Shown: piece by piece, positions 27,940 through 37,794 of the stretch
Numbering within the stretch: the stretch's first letter is position 1
How the letters are laid out: the number at the start of each line of letters is the position of its first letter
Source of the DNA: a virus
Lineage: Duplodnaviria; Caudoviricetes
DNA length: 64,000 nucleotides
Strand: one strand, 5' to 3'
IMG/VR virus record: IMGVR_UViG_3300028048_001169
Location: 32,001 to 96,000 of that record
The notes under the pieces: generated by a model
Told to the model about the DNA's origin: nothing
Database searches by the model: none
Seen by the model: the letters and a program-made list of their open reading frames with translations, nothing else
Made by a program: the position numbers and the translations under genes

Positions 27940-30900
27940 ATGACAGCAGATTATGTATTAGATCTCTCAGATAATCTCGAAGATCTAGAACAAGATATGA
28001 GTAACTGGATGCAGTTGCCATATGATATGAGAAAACGTTCAAACGATGCTTGTATTATGAAATATGGTTGCACGAATGAGCAGTTATATAATATGATTAA
28101 AGCACGTTTGATGAATATTGATATGAATGAGTATGATCCAGAGAATAAGATTTCTATGGAACAAGCTCTTATTCATGAGAAAGCTTTATTATCTGAATCT
28201 AGCAAGGAAGAGAAACCAATTGTAGAATTCGATGAATTGGGATATCGGCTAATGGAGAATGAATGGCTCCATGATCATGATATGAAGATCTATGATCTAA
28301 CAGAAGATACCCTTACAGATGATTTTGAATTGGATTCATTAAATGAAGCTGATTTATTCCCTGGTTCTGCAAAGCCTATTTATATTGTATTGTCTTATAC
28401 AAGTACCATCGTTGGTAGATTGATTACATCTGTAAAGAAGTGTACATATTCTCATGCTTGTATCTCTATGGATCATAAGCTGCATAATATGTATAGCTTC
28501 AATCTTCGTACTAATAAAGGAGTTAATGGTATATCAGTAGAAGATATTAAGGATTATCCACAAGGTCCTAACTCCAAATTATTAGTTATGGCAATCTTTG
28601 TTACAGATGACGTAAAGAAGAAGATTGAGAGTAACTTAAAATGGTTTACAGATAATAAGAACAAAACAAAGTATGATATATCTGATTTCGTATATATTCT
28701 TTTTAATAAAAAGAAAGAAACAGGTACAAACAATAACTTTGGTATGGTATGTAGTCAGTTTGTAGACTATACTCTGAAGATGGCAAATATCAATATTACG
28801 GATAAACCATCTAATTTAGTAACACCAGAAGACTTCAATACTATTCGTTCTAAGAATCAAGATATGTATGCTGTATATGAAGGTCCTCTTAATCAATATA
28901 ATGAAAAGAAGACATACTTCAAAGTATATCGTCTAAGTCAGAAGATCAATACAACTAATAAATTTACCGTTGGTATGAATAATATCATATCTAAGATTAC
29001 AGAATCTATGGTATTGGACGAAGTTGGTGTTAAAGTTATTGATAAAGATGGTGATTATCATTATGCAACGAATAAGAAGCACCTTAAAGGATACACATCA
29101 GATGGACAAATCAATGTCAATTTGAAGAAGATTCAGATGGGTGATAAAGTACATGAAATGGATGATGACTTAGTTGTTATTAATGACTTTATATCCGATG
29201 ATCGTCCAGATTATAGTATGGGAGAATTAGAAGATCTTTATAATATTTATGTAACCGCTACAATGGATCATAAGAAAAGATCTGATGCATACTCTATTCA
29301 AATCTGGGGAGCTCCTGTTCCTACGATGTACCAGCGAATGAAAGAGAAGTTAAAAGCATTTGCTGATAATGAAGAAATAGAGAAGAGTGTTGATGATGGT
29401 AATTTCAAATTTACGCCATCTAAGACAGATCAAGAATTGATTGCTTATAAAGAATCTATAACAGAAACAGCACAAGATAATCTTGAGTCTATGATTCGTA
29501 AATTGGATTGTATTATCCCTTCAAAAGAGCGTTCTTTATATGAGCAATATGTATTGGAATCCTTTGGTCAAACTATTAAAGTAAACGGTCATTCTTATCG
29601 TCAGGATATGCCTGGTGTTACTCCATTTCTTACTTATACAGAGTACCTTCATAATCCTAGAGTACATGATGAACGTAAGTTGATGAATATCGATCCGTTT
29701 ACTTATGTATTTAATTACAAAGATTCTAAGACATCTCTTCAGCATTATTATGATAATAATGAAGTGGATAAGATTGAAGATGCTCGTTGGAATAAGTATA
29801 TTCGGCCAGATGAGAAATCAATTGAATATGCGAAAGAGAAACAAGCAAAGTGGATGGATGAGCATTATAGTTTTGATATCTATAATATCGAGAATTTTAC
29901 TTCTAGATTAGAACCTACATCAACAATTAATGAATCCATGGATATTGTTGAGAATGGTAAACGATTAGTTCCTGTCTACATTATCATGGGATTCAATAAG
30001 AAGTATTCTGTTGTAGATTTCTTCGGTAAGACTCATAAATATAAGATACCAAACTATAATCATGTAGGAATCTCTTCTACTCCTAATTTTACAACGGTTT
30101 ACACATTCTCTCACAAGATGAATAGTAATATAGCGGATCGTTTGGAGAAGGAGAATTTCAATCATGATTACGATAAGTATCAGACGATTCAAGTTATTAC
30201 ATTCTTTGTATCTTCAGATGTAAAGAAGAGAATAATGGATAGCTTAGAAAATTATCTTAAAGCACAAGATAACACTGCAGGGGATTTTGATACTATCATG
30301 AATATTGTCACAAATCCACCTAAGGTTGTTCATAAAGATCCTCACGTATTATTTGGATACTTTATTGATTCTATTTTTAGAATTGCTGATATTTATGATC
30401 AGACTGGTAGTTATTTCGATAAGCATAAAACTTCAGAGAATGCAAAGCTCTATATTATGTATACTGGTGAGGTTCGTCGTTATAAACCTGGAAAGGTTAT
30501 GAAAGCAATTGAAGAATTAAAGAAGAATGAAAACTTCAAAGATTACAACTTCTTACCTGGAAGTATTACTGACCATCAGTTTGATTATTATGATTTTGAG
30601 ACATATCGTATTAAGTTCGAAAATACGAATGTCCAGAATATAATAAATGAGATTAGAGAATACTTAACTCCAGTAGCGTTCTTTGAAGAGACATTACCAT
30701 ATCAATCTTATGATGAATATCTGAATCGATATAATGAGATTATCACAATACTAAATCAGTATAATGATAATGATGAAGAAGGAATTAAACGTGCATTATC
30801 TGATTTAAGAGATCTTATTTCACTCTTAGAGAAAGAAATAAAGAAAATGCAGAAGGATCATCCTGAGTATGAACGATTTACTATTCTTTTATCTGATGCA

Positions 30901-31026
30901 AAAATGAATTGTGAAGAGTATACAAAAGTAGTAAAGAAATTAGATTCCGATTATAGTGATCACAATTCACTAAAGGAATCTGTTGATCATACAATATACA
31001 AATACTCTTTCAGAAGAACCGAGTAA
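27940..31026 (+). CDS. Large probable virion protein with two permuted papain-like (NlpC/P60, YiiX-type) domains
   Basis: YSHACIS...MVCSQFV...VTPEDF; second copy YNHVGIS lacks the Cys; many x-x-E/S motifs. Confidence 0.65.
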   Translation: MTADYVLDLSDNLEDLEQDMSNWMQLPYDMRKRSNDACIMKYGCTNEQLYNMIKARLMNIDMNEYDPENKISMEQALIHEKALLSESSKEEKPIVEFDELGYRLMENEWLHDHDMKIYDLTEDTLTDDFELDSLNEADLFPGSAKPIYIVLSYTSTIVGRLITSVKKCTYSHACISMDHKLHNMYSFNLRTNKGVNGISVEDIKDYPQGPNSKLLVMAIFVTDDVKKKIESNLKWFTDNKNKTKYDISDFVYILFNKKKETGTNNNFGMVCSQFVDYTLKMANINITDKPSNLVTPEDFNTIRSKNQDMYAVYEGPLNQYNEKKTYFKVYRLSQKINTTNKFTVGMNNIISKITESMVLDEVGVKVIDKDGDYHYATNKKHLKGYTSDGQINVNLKKIQMGDKVHEMDDDLVVINDFISDDRPDYSMGELEDLYNIYVTATMDHKKRSDAYSIQIWGAPVPTMYQRMKEKLKAFADNEEIEKSVDDGNFKFTPSKTDQELIAYKESITETAQDNLESMIRKLDCIIPSKERSLYEQYVLESFGQTIKVNGHSYRQDMPGVTPFLTYTEYLHNPRVHDERKLMNIDPFTYVFNYKDSKTSLQHYYDNNEVDKIEDARWNKYIRPDEKSIEYAKEKQAKWMDEHYSFDIYNIENFTSRLEPTSTINESMDIVENGKRLVPVYIIMGFNKKYSVVDFFGKTHKYKIPNYNHVGISSTPNFTTVYTFSHKMNSNIADRLEKENFNHDYDKYQTIQVITFFVSSDVKKRIMDSLENYLKAQDNTAGDFDTIMNIVTNPPKVVHKDPHVLFGYFIDSIFRIADIYDQTGSYFDKHKTSENAKLYIMYTGEVRRYKPGKVMKAIEELKKNENFKDYNFLPGSITDHQFDYYDFETYRIKFENTNVQNIINEIREYLTPVAFFEETLPYQSYDEYLNRYNEIITILNQYNDNDEEGIKRALSDLRDLISLLEKEIKKMQKDHPEYERFTILLSDAKMNCEEYTKVVKKLDSDYSDHNSLKESVDHTIYKYSFRRTE

Positions 31027-31038
31027 ATTTATTTTTGG

Positions 31039-31049
31039 TCATATATTAT
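31039..31049 (+). promoter_or_regulatory. Early-type promoter TCATATATTAT
   Basis: Exact copy. Confidence 0.75.
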
Positions 31050-31090
31050 AAATAGGTAGTAGATAAAAGTTCTAGGGAGGAGATTACACT

Positions 31091-31339
31091 ATGAGATCAG
31101 GAAATTCGTTTAATTGTCCATGTTATGGGTGTGTTGCACCGACACGACATCCATACTGTAAACAGGATGGGACTTGTCCACATCAAGAAGAATACAAAGC
31201 GTATGAAGAAAGGCGAGAAGAGTATCGACAGACTGTTCGAAAGTTGAGACAAGAACAAGATGGCTTGCTATTTCGCAATATAAAGCATGTAAAAGCACCT
31301 ATAAAGGCTCTTACAACTCATAAGTATAGAAACAGATAA
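31091..31339 (+). CDS. Small Cys/His early protein
   Basis: CPCYGC...RHPYC...C; GGGAGGAG RBS; terminator at 31351-31385. Confidence 0.7.
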   Translation: MRSGNSFNCPCYGCVAPTRHPYCKQDGTCPHQEEYKAYEERREEYRQTVRKLRQEQDGLLFRNIKHVKAPIKALTTHKYRNR

Positions 31340-31429
31340 TATTATTAATTACTCTAGGGATTATTTATTTTTCCCTAGAGTTTTTATAAGGGAACCATTT
31401 GAAATAGAAAAGGATAGGAGTAAAGAAAA

Positions 31430-31639
31430 ATGAGCTGGCAAACGGCAAGTGTACTTAGTTGGTCATTAGCATCTATAGCTGAATTAGTGGTTATTTTTGC
31501 ACTAATTTATCTCTGTAAGAAGGATAAATTGAAGGATAAAATACATGGAATGGTGGCAGTATTATTATCTTTGGCTACTTTTATAGCATATATACTGATT
31601 ATCCCATTTTCGCTCATACTATTACCAATATACTATTAA
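31430..31639 (+). CDS. Small two-TM membrane protein
   Basis: AGGAG RBS, hydrophobic. Confidence 0.65.
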   Translation: MSWQTASVLSWSLASIAELVVIFALIYLCKKDKLKDKIHGMVAVLLSLATFIAYILIIPFSLILLPIYY

Positions 31640-31694
31640 ATTATAATAGAAGAAACTTATTAATAATCTTATAAAGAAAGGATGATTATTATTT

Positions 31695-32768
31695 ATGGAA
31701 TTAGGTAATAAGAAATTACCAGAGCATTACATGGATCGTTATATAGGATACAAATTCTTCAAAGAAAATGAAGATCATTCATTTGATATCGTAAGAGTGA
31801 TTCGTGCAACTTCAGATAACAAAGTAATACTGGTACATGATAACAATACACATCCAACAACAGAAGATTATACATATCTTAAAGAATATACACCATTAGA
31901 TCCATATGGTGTAATGTCATTTAATATTGTAGGTATTTATTCATCTTATGATAAGCCAGATGGAACTACTGGTAGAGAATTATGTAAAGATGTCGTTATT
32001 ATGGTATATTCAAAACTTGATATTACATTGGGATTGAATCTGCCTAGAATTATCTGCAGACAGTCTGTTAATGATTTCTTTGCTGATATATTGTATCAAG
32101 ATCCTAGCAAGAACCATATGGCTGGTATTTGTTGTAGTTCTAAGACATGTCCTGAGAATTTTAATATGATGCAATTAGCTGCTTGTGATACATTACTCAA
32201 AGCTAATACAGTAAACTTCTACAAGGACGATAACATTGATACAATATTATCATGTGTATCGGATTTGGATGCTATGGATAATGTACTATTAAAGTTATTC
32301 AATGCTCATGCTAGAGCATCCGCTAATCCAAATGTAAAAGGTATGAAGAATCATCTTGGTTGGTGTCGTACAGTTAAGGATCTATTAGAGAATAATAACT
32401 TTATGGCAGATTTCAATGAGATGATGGATATCACTGGTGTTGACTTTGATCTTACCAACTATTTAGATAAATCCGATACAGGTGTTGACAAATTAGCATA
32501 CCCTGCATTGTTATTCTTAAATTCTGTACACAGAGTTAATGCAGTAGATTCCCGTGTAATTAAATTTGATTATTCAATTGACATGGGTAAGTTTGCTAAT
32601 GATAACTATGTTTTCTGGAGAGATAATACAGATACAATCTATCTGATTGTATATTTAACTCAGGGTAAATTCCTTGAGGATGAGTTGAACGAAAAGATTA
32701 ATCAACTTAGTATTACAGATAAACTTCAGTTATCATATTATAATAAATATGGTAAAAACGCAAAGTAA
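31695..32768 (+). CDS. Hypothetical protein
   Basis: AAAGGA RBS, 357 aa. Confidence 0.75.
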   Translation: MELGNKKLPEHYMDRYIGYKFFKENEDHSFDIVRVIRATSDNKVILVHDNNTHPTTEDYTYLKEYTPLDPYGVMSFNIVGIYSSYDKPDGTTGRELCKDVVIMVYSKLDITLGLNLPRIICRQSVNDFFADILYQDPSKNHMAGICCSSKTCPENFNMMQLAACDTLLKANTVNFYKDDNIDTILSCVSDLDAMDNVLLKLFNAHARASANPNVKGMKNHLGWCRTVKDLLENNNFMADFNEMMDITGVDFDLTNYLDKSDTGVDKLAYPALLFLNSVHRVNAVDSRVIKFDYSIDMGKFANDNYVFWRDNTDTIYLIVYLTQGKFLEDELNEKINQLSITDKLQLSYYNKYGKNAK

Positions 32769-32780
32769 AAATATTTTTAG

Positions 32781-32791
32781 TCATATATTAT
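32781..32791 (+). promoter_or_regulatory. Early-type promoter TCATATATTAT
   Basis: Exact copy; 32760-32807 is 45/48 identical to 60778-60825. Confidence 0.8.
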
Positions 32792-32984
32792 AATTAGGAT
32801 ATAAGAATAAGACACTGTTTGAAATATTGCAACAATAACCCAGATAATATAAATAATTAAACAATATGTACTCATTCAACTAAAAGTAATCTAGGAAGTG
32901 TTATTGTTGATTTATATGGATACTAGTCTATTATTCTTTTATCATAGATACTATTTAATTTATTTTATTTAAGGAGGCCTAATT

Positions 32985-33767
32985 ATGGCAGAGAAGTTTA
33001 ATGGAGCAGGAGCTGCAGCTGAAGAGGTTACAAAAGAGGAAGAGTTCAAGATTGAAATCTTGGATCATGAAGATTTCACTCCAATCAGCGATGTAAAGTA
33101 TCTTAGCAGTACAGATTTCTGCAAGTCTGCATCAGCTCTCTTTAAGTCTGTATTTGCAGATTTCGAAGGTTGTGAGCTCAAGCCAGTTCAGGGTACAAAC
33201 AATATTATGCTTGCCCTGTACTTCAATCACAAGGACTATTCTGGTTCCGATATGCCAGTAGCTCTTAGTAAGGATGCAAACACAAGTAACTCTACAAATG
33301 AGACTCTTAGAAGTTTCAGAAATTTCCAGTCTCGTATCAACAATGGAGATCGTTACTATCTTACACCGGAAGCAAAGTCCTCTCTTGGAGATCTGTTAAT
33401 GAATATCAACGTTGTTAGAAATAAGAACAACAATGGTATTAACTGGGCTAAGGTTTCAACAGAGACAGCTGAACAGGCTAATACTTGGTCATTCAGCCCA
33501 ATGATGATTCAGTACACAGTAGTGAATTACATTGACCCAGCTAAGGTTGCAGGCCTTATCTATGGTAAGGAAGAAGATGAGAACAATAAGCCTAAGTGGG
33601 AGTACATGTTCAACATCATGCATTCTCTTCCAACCATCGATATTCAGCAGAGTAATAATCCAGCAAACTGGATGCTTCAGATTACTCGTGTAAGTGTTGA
33701 GGAGACATTCAAGCTTGCAGCTATGTATGGACTTTCTGTAAGAAATGGATTACATATCGTACGATAA
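32985..33767 (+). CDS. Probably highly expressed early hypothetical protein
   Basis: AAGGAGG RBS, strong codon bias, long structured leader. Confidence 0.8.
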   Translation: MAEKFNGAGAAAEEVTKEEEFKIEILDHEDFTPISDVKYLSSTDFCKSASALFKSVFADFEGCELKPVQGTNNIMLALYFNHKDYSGSDMPVALSKDANTSNSTNETLRSFRNFQSRINNGDRYYLTPEAKSSLGDLLMNINVVRNKNNNGINWAKVSTETAEQANTWSFSPMMIQYTVVNYIDPAKVAGLIYGKEEDENNKPKWEYMFNIMHSLPTIDIQQSNNPANWMLQITRVSVEETFKLAAMYGLSVRNGLHIVR

Positions 33768-33866
33768 GTAATTCTATCTTATAGATCTAGTTTACAATAC
33801 TTAAGGGGACATGGTGTAATATCCATGTCCTTTCTTAAGTATTATTTTTTTATTCAGGAGGCTAAC

Positions 33867-34313
33867 ATGGGAAATACTTCTAATTTTGGAGATCGTTCTC
33901 CAGTAACACCAAAGCAGTACGGCGATATCAATGCAATCTTTGATGAGAGAGGATCTCAGTTTCTTGCACTAAGAAAAATTCATTGGTGTAAGGAGGGATC
34001 AGAATCTTCTGAAGATCAGGCTCGTTTAGAGTTACGCAAATGGATGGTAACTCCTGATGGAGAAGAGAGAGCTAATAAAGGATTCTCATTCTTAACAGAC
34101 GAAGGTCCTCATGAATTAGCAAAAGTATTAGTTCATGAAGGATTTGGTCATACAAAAGATCTATTAAGAGAACTTCGTACTCGTAATGATTTTGCTGAAT
34201 CCGTTCAGACAATCAACGAAGATGAAGATCTTTCTGATGGAGAATACTTTGATATGAGAGAATTAATGGATAGTACTATTGATGATGTTGAGGATGAGGC
34301 TGATGCTTCATAG
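33867..34313 (+). CDS. PC4/YdbC-like ssDNA-binding protein
   Basis: RLELRKW...KGFSF motif, acidic tail, GGAGG RBS. Confidence 0.6.
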   Translation: MGNTSNFGDRSPVTPKQYGDINAIFDERGSQFLALRKIHWCKEGSESSEDQARLELRKWMVTPDGEERANKGFSFLTDEGPHELAKVLVHEGFGHTKDLLRELRTRNDFAESVQTINEDEDLSDGEYFDMRELMDSTIDDVEDEADAS

Positions 34314-35382
34314 TGTTACTGTTGAGGAAATACTAACTCGATACTATGTAAGGTATGAACGATTAGATCAATTAATTCCATATGCGTTTGAAGGATCAAA
34401 ATCAAATGAATTGGATTTATATATTGATTTATATGGATTGTATCATACTTTATATTCTAGATCATATGCTACGGTGATTAATGACTATACAGCATTTACA
34501 TCGTTCTTGATCAACATGTGTGCTCATTATCGATCTTATTTTAAATATCAAGGAGTATATACTCATATATACTTGATATCTTCTTTTAATATACCAGATG
34601 AGACTAGAGTCAATCTCCCTGAGTATAATAAAGATATGATTGATAAATTGAGTAATAAACAGGTATCTGATATGATGAATCTCAATCTAGAGATTTTAGA
34701 TTTATTGGTACCATATCTGCCAAATATTTATTTTGTAAAGACAAAGTATGAATCATCTGTTGCAATGTATCATTTAATGCAAACGAGAAAAGATGCTGTC
34801 AGTGCGAGAAGAAAATCTATACCATCTCTCATTATATCCACAGATGAGTATCCGATTCAACTTTGTTCTTTGGTAGATGATGTTGCATTCCTGTGGCCAA
34901 GAAAATATCGTGGTGAAGACATTAGTGTCATATGTCCTCCTAGAGGGCATTCTCAGCACCGAAATGACTTTTGGAGTGTAATTACACGTAAAAACTCAAA
35001 TTCCGTCTCATTTGAAAAGGTAGGTACGCTCAGCACCTCAAATCTCGCACTCGTAGAAGCTCTTAATAAGTTTTCTGCACGCGATTTAAAAGTTATATAC
35101 AATATAACGACTACTTCAAAGATGATTCGTGAATTAAATGGAGTTGATATTGAGTTAGTTCCAGATATTGTATTTAAAGCGTATAGTAAAATACCAGAAG
35201 ATCGATATTCTATTATACAAAAACGTTACAATGCACTGTCCATTCCATATCAGTATATTTTCTATTCAGAAAGTACAGAACCAAAAATATTGAAATTGGA
35301 TAATCTAGAAGATCCAGATGCAATTCATATGATCAATGATCAATACTTTAGAGATAATCCAATTGATGTATTTAGACTTTAA
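34303..35382 (+). CDS. Divergent 5'-3' exonuclease/flap (PIN-like) fold protein
   Basis: LYIDL, YESS (for EADD), IISTDEYPIQL (for iiS.DkD..QL). Confidence 0.45.
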   Translation: MLHSVTVEEILTRYYVRYERLDQLIPYAFEGSKSNELDLYIDLYGLYHTLYSRSYATVINDYTAFTSFLINMCAHYRSYFKYQGVYTHIYLISSFNIPDETRVNLPEYNKDMIDKLSNKQVSDMMNLNLEILDLLVPYLPNIYFVKTKYESSVAMYHLMQTRKDAVSARRKSIPSLIISTDEYPIQLCSLVDDVAFLWPRKYRGEDISVICPPRGHSQHRNDFWSVITRKNSNSVSFEKVGTLSTSNLALVEALNKFSARDLKVIYNITTTSKMIRELNGVDIELVPDIVFKAYSKIPEDRYSIIQKRYNALSIPYQYIFYSESTEPKILKLDNLEDPDAIHMINDQYFRDNPIDVFRL

Positions 35383-35489
35383 TTAGTGTAGTGGGGCGAA
35401 TAATGCTCCGCTACATTTATTTTTTTGTTAGCTTACAGGAAATTATTAATCCAATTCATAATCATATAATCAAATAAAATCCGTTTGAA

Positions 35490-35500
35490 TCATATATTAT
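35490..35500 (+). promoter_or_regulatory. Early-type promoter TCATATATTAT
   Basis: Exact copy. Confidence 0.75.
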
Positions 35501-35554
35501 AAATATATACAGAAACAGAAACATAATCATACAAATAAAGTTGAGGAGGCAAAC

Positions 35555-36226
35555 ATGAAACAATCACCTAGAAGTCCATTTGTATTTACAGATTATGATA
35601 AGATTAGTGATACATTACTGTGGATGAATACAGCAAAATTAGAATTCTTTGTCAAGTTATCTCGCAAAGATAAATTAGGTAATGTAAGATCTTATCATAG
35701 TGAGTATGGATATTATAGTGAATCTTTAGGTAAGAAAGCTTATAATATCTATAGAGATTATAGTATGGGATATGTAATCAATTGTGGAAGTTATGAGCAT
35801 AATGTAACATTGAGAACTAATGATATTATGATGCTACAATTGGTTTTAAAGAATGCAATACTTCCGTGGTTTAATGGTCCTAGTTCTATTTTTGGAGTAA
35901 ATAAGAGTAATAAGTTATGTATAAAAGGAAAATATCAACCAGTACATTTCCCAATATCACAAAATGAATATATTGAATTTACTCCAATTGTAATGGAATT
36001 TGAAAATGGAGATGCAGTTCCTGGTATACGATTTGAAGTCAATACACCAGATAATTTCTTTGATATCACAGTAGATAATTTCTTAAGTTTTGCATATATT
36101 ATCACACATAGCGATATGGTAAATATGGCTATGAGTATGCTAAATTATGTAAAGACAAAACCATATAACGTTGGATTATATGATAAAACAGATGATGGTA
36201 AAAACAAGGGTTTCTTTAATAACTAA
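35555..36226 (+). CDS. Hypothetical early protein
   Basis: GAGGAGG RBS. Confidence 0.75.
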   Translation: MKQSPRSPFVFTDYDKISDTLLWMNTAKLEFFVKLSRKDKLGNVRSYHSEYGYYSESLGKKAYNIYRDYSMGYVINCGSYEHNVTLRTNDIMMLQLVLKNAILPWFNGPSSIFGVNKSNKLCIKGKYQPVHFPISQNEYIEFTPIVMEFENGDAVPGIRFEVNTPDNFFDITVDNFLSFAYIITHSDMVNMAMSMLNYVKTKPYNVGLYDKTDDGKNKGFFNN

Positions 36227-36271
36227 ACATTTCTATAATTACTCGAGAATATTATAAGGAGGATTATATTT

Positions 36272-36580
36272 ATGCGTAGTCAATTACCACAGTATTTACA
36301 GGACTTAAAGAATAAACCATTACCAGAATCTGAGAAGGATCTTAAGAGAGAAATTAAGGAATGTAATAAAAAGATCTCTGAAGAAGGTTTAGAGTTGAAT
36401 GAAGTTGAAGTCCAGCTTTACTATGATCGTATTTCTCATTGTGAGACTAAGCTTGCTGAGTTAGCTAAGAATAAGATCAAGGTTACACCAGTTCTTGGAA
36501 CTACTACAATTGCTGAGTCAAGGAAGAATCGTAAGTCTAGTACTTCATATATGAGTGATAGTTCATTCAGAATATTCTAG
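36272..36580 (+). CDS. Hypothetical protein
   Basis: AAGGAGG RBS; AACA-N6-TA at 36226-36237. Confidence 0.7.
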   Translation: MRSQLPQYLQDLKNKPLPESEKDLKREIKECNKKISEEGLELNEVEVQLYYDRISHCETKLAELAKNKIKVTPVLGTTTIAESRKNRKSSTSYMSDSSFRIF

Positions 36581-36629
36581 ATAATAATAAGAGTGGAGAG
36601 CCATAACGGTTCCCCACTTTTTTAATGTC

Positions 36630-37682
36630 TTAATATTCCTTCGTGGTCTTATCATTGATTACGATCAATTTATAAGTTTCATTCAGGTTTACATTTTTTG
36701 CAATACCATGCTTCATATCCAGTGTTGTATCTTCCATGAACATCTGATCATGAGCCTGAGCACCCGGAATAGGCTGCATTGTTTTGATATTCATAATCTG
36801 GAACCATTTAGCACCAGTTGATGCATCGAATACAACACACTCCTGAATATCTGGATTGCGCTCATACATCATATTCATCATGTTTGTTGGCATATTAGCC
36901 ATGTAGTTAGCGTAATTCTGATCCATAGATGGAGCATTAGGATCATCAGCACGAACAATATTTGGTGTAGATGTAGGCTGTGTAACCTGCATTGGATTTG
37001 TTTGTCCAATAGCTGTAGGATTCTGCATAATATTACGATAAAGATCCATAACAATCTTTTCATCGTGTGCACTATTACCTTCAGCTTCCTTACGATCTTT
37101 TGCTCTCTTGTAATCCATATCATTTGATTTGGTAATACAGTTATTGAGTTCTTTGATCGCACCTATCTTAGCTTGTAAAAGATCAGATAAGTTACCTGTT
37201 AATCCAACCATAACATTATACTTGGACTTCATTGTTCTGGAAGAACGTACATTATCCAATTCTGTCTTAATTTCATTAGCTACCATGTCAATCTGACCCA
37301 TAGCTCCTTTGAGCATATTGGCAGTTTCGGAATAAGTATTAATTGTAGAAGTTTCTTCTACTGTACCTTCTGCACGGATAATATTAGAAGATTCCTCCTT
37401 CTTTCTAGGAGTTCTCTTCTTACGTTCTGTTTTTACCACTGGTTTAGTTTCATCGATGTTGATCGTCATTTTCTTCTTATCAGAAATACTATCATCTTCA
37501 GATGTAAAATGGAAACCACCTACTTCAATTGAAATCTCTGGTTCTTGATATTGTGGTTGAACTTGAGGCTGTGGTGCTGGCTGTGGTTGAGGTGCTACTT
37601 GTTGTTGTGGATATGCTTGTCGATTTGCACTGTATCCATTTGGTACCATAGGACTATTTGCATAGTCAAAACCCATAGGCAT
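36630..37682 (-). CDS. Hypothetical coiled-coil protein with P/Q-rich N-terminus
   Basis: AGGAGG RBS; TACA-N6-TA at 37713-37724. Confidence 0.75.
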   Translation of the reverse strand: MPMGFDYANSPMVPNGYSANRQAYPQQQVAPQPQPAPQPQVQPQYQEPEISIEVGGFHFTSEDDSISDKKKMTINIDETKPVVKTERKKRTPRKKEESSNIIRAEGTVEETSTINTYSETANMLKGAMGQIDMVANEIKTELDNVRSSRTMKSKYNVMVGLTGNLSDLLQAKIGAIKELNNCITKSNDMDYKRAKDRKEAEGNSAHDEKIVMDLYRNIMQNPTAIGQTNPMQVTQPTSTPNIVRADDPNAPSMDQNYANYMANMPTNMMNMMYERNPDIQECVVFDASTGAKWFQIMNIKTMQPIPGAQAHDQMFMEDTTLDMKHGIAKNVNLNETYKLIVINDKTTKEY

Positions 37683-37794
37683 AATTGTTTCCTCCTTTCA
37701 ATATAGGGAAATTATTAATATGTAACGCTTTTACAATTCTATTATGAAATTCACATTCAGTTAAACGATAATTTATATAGAGGAGTAATCTACT

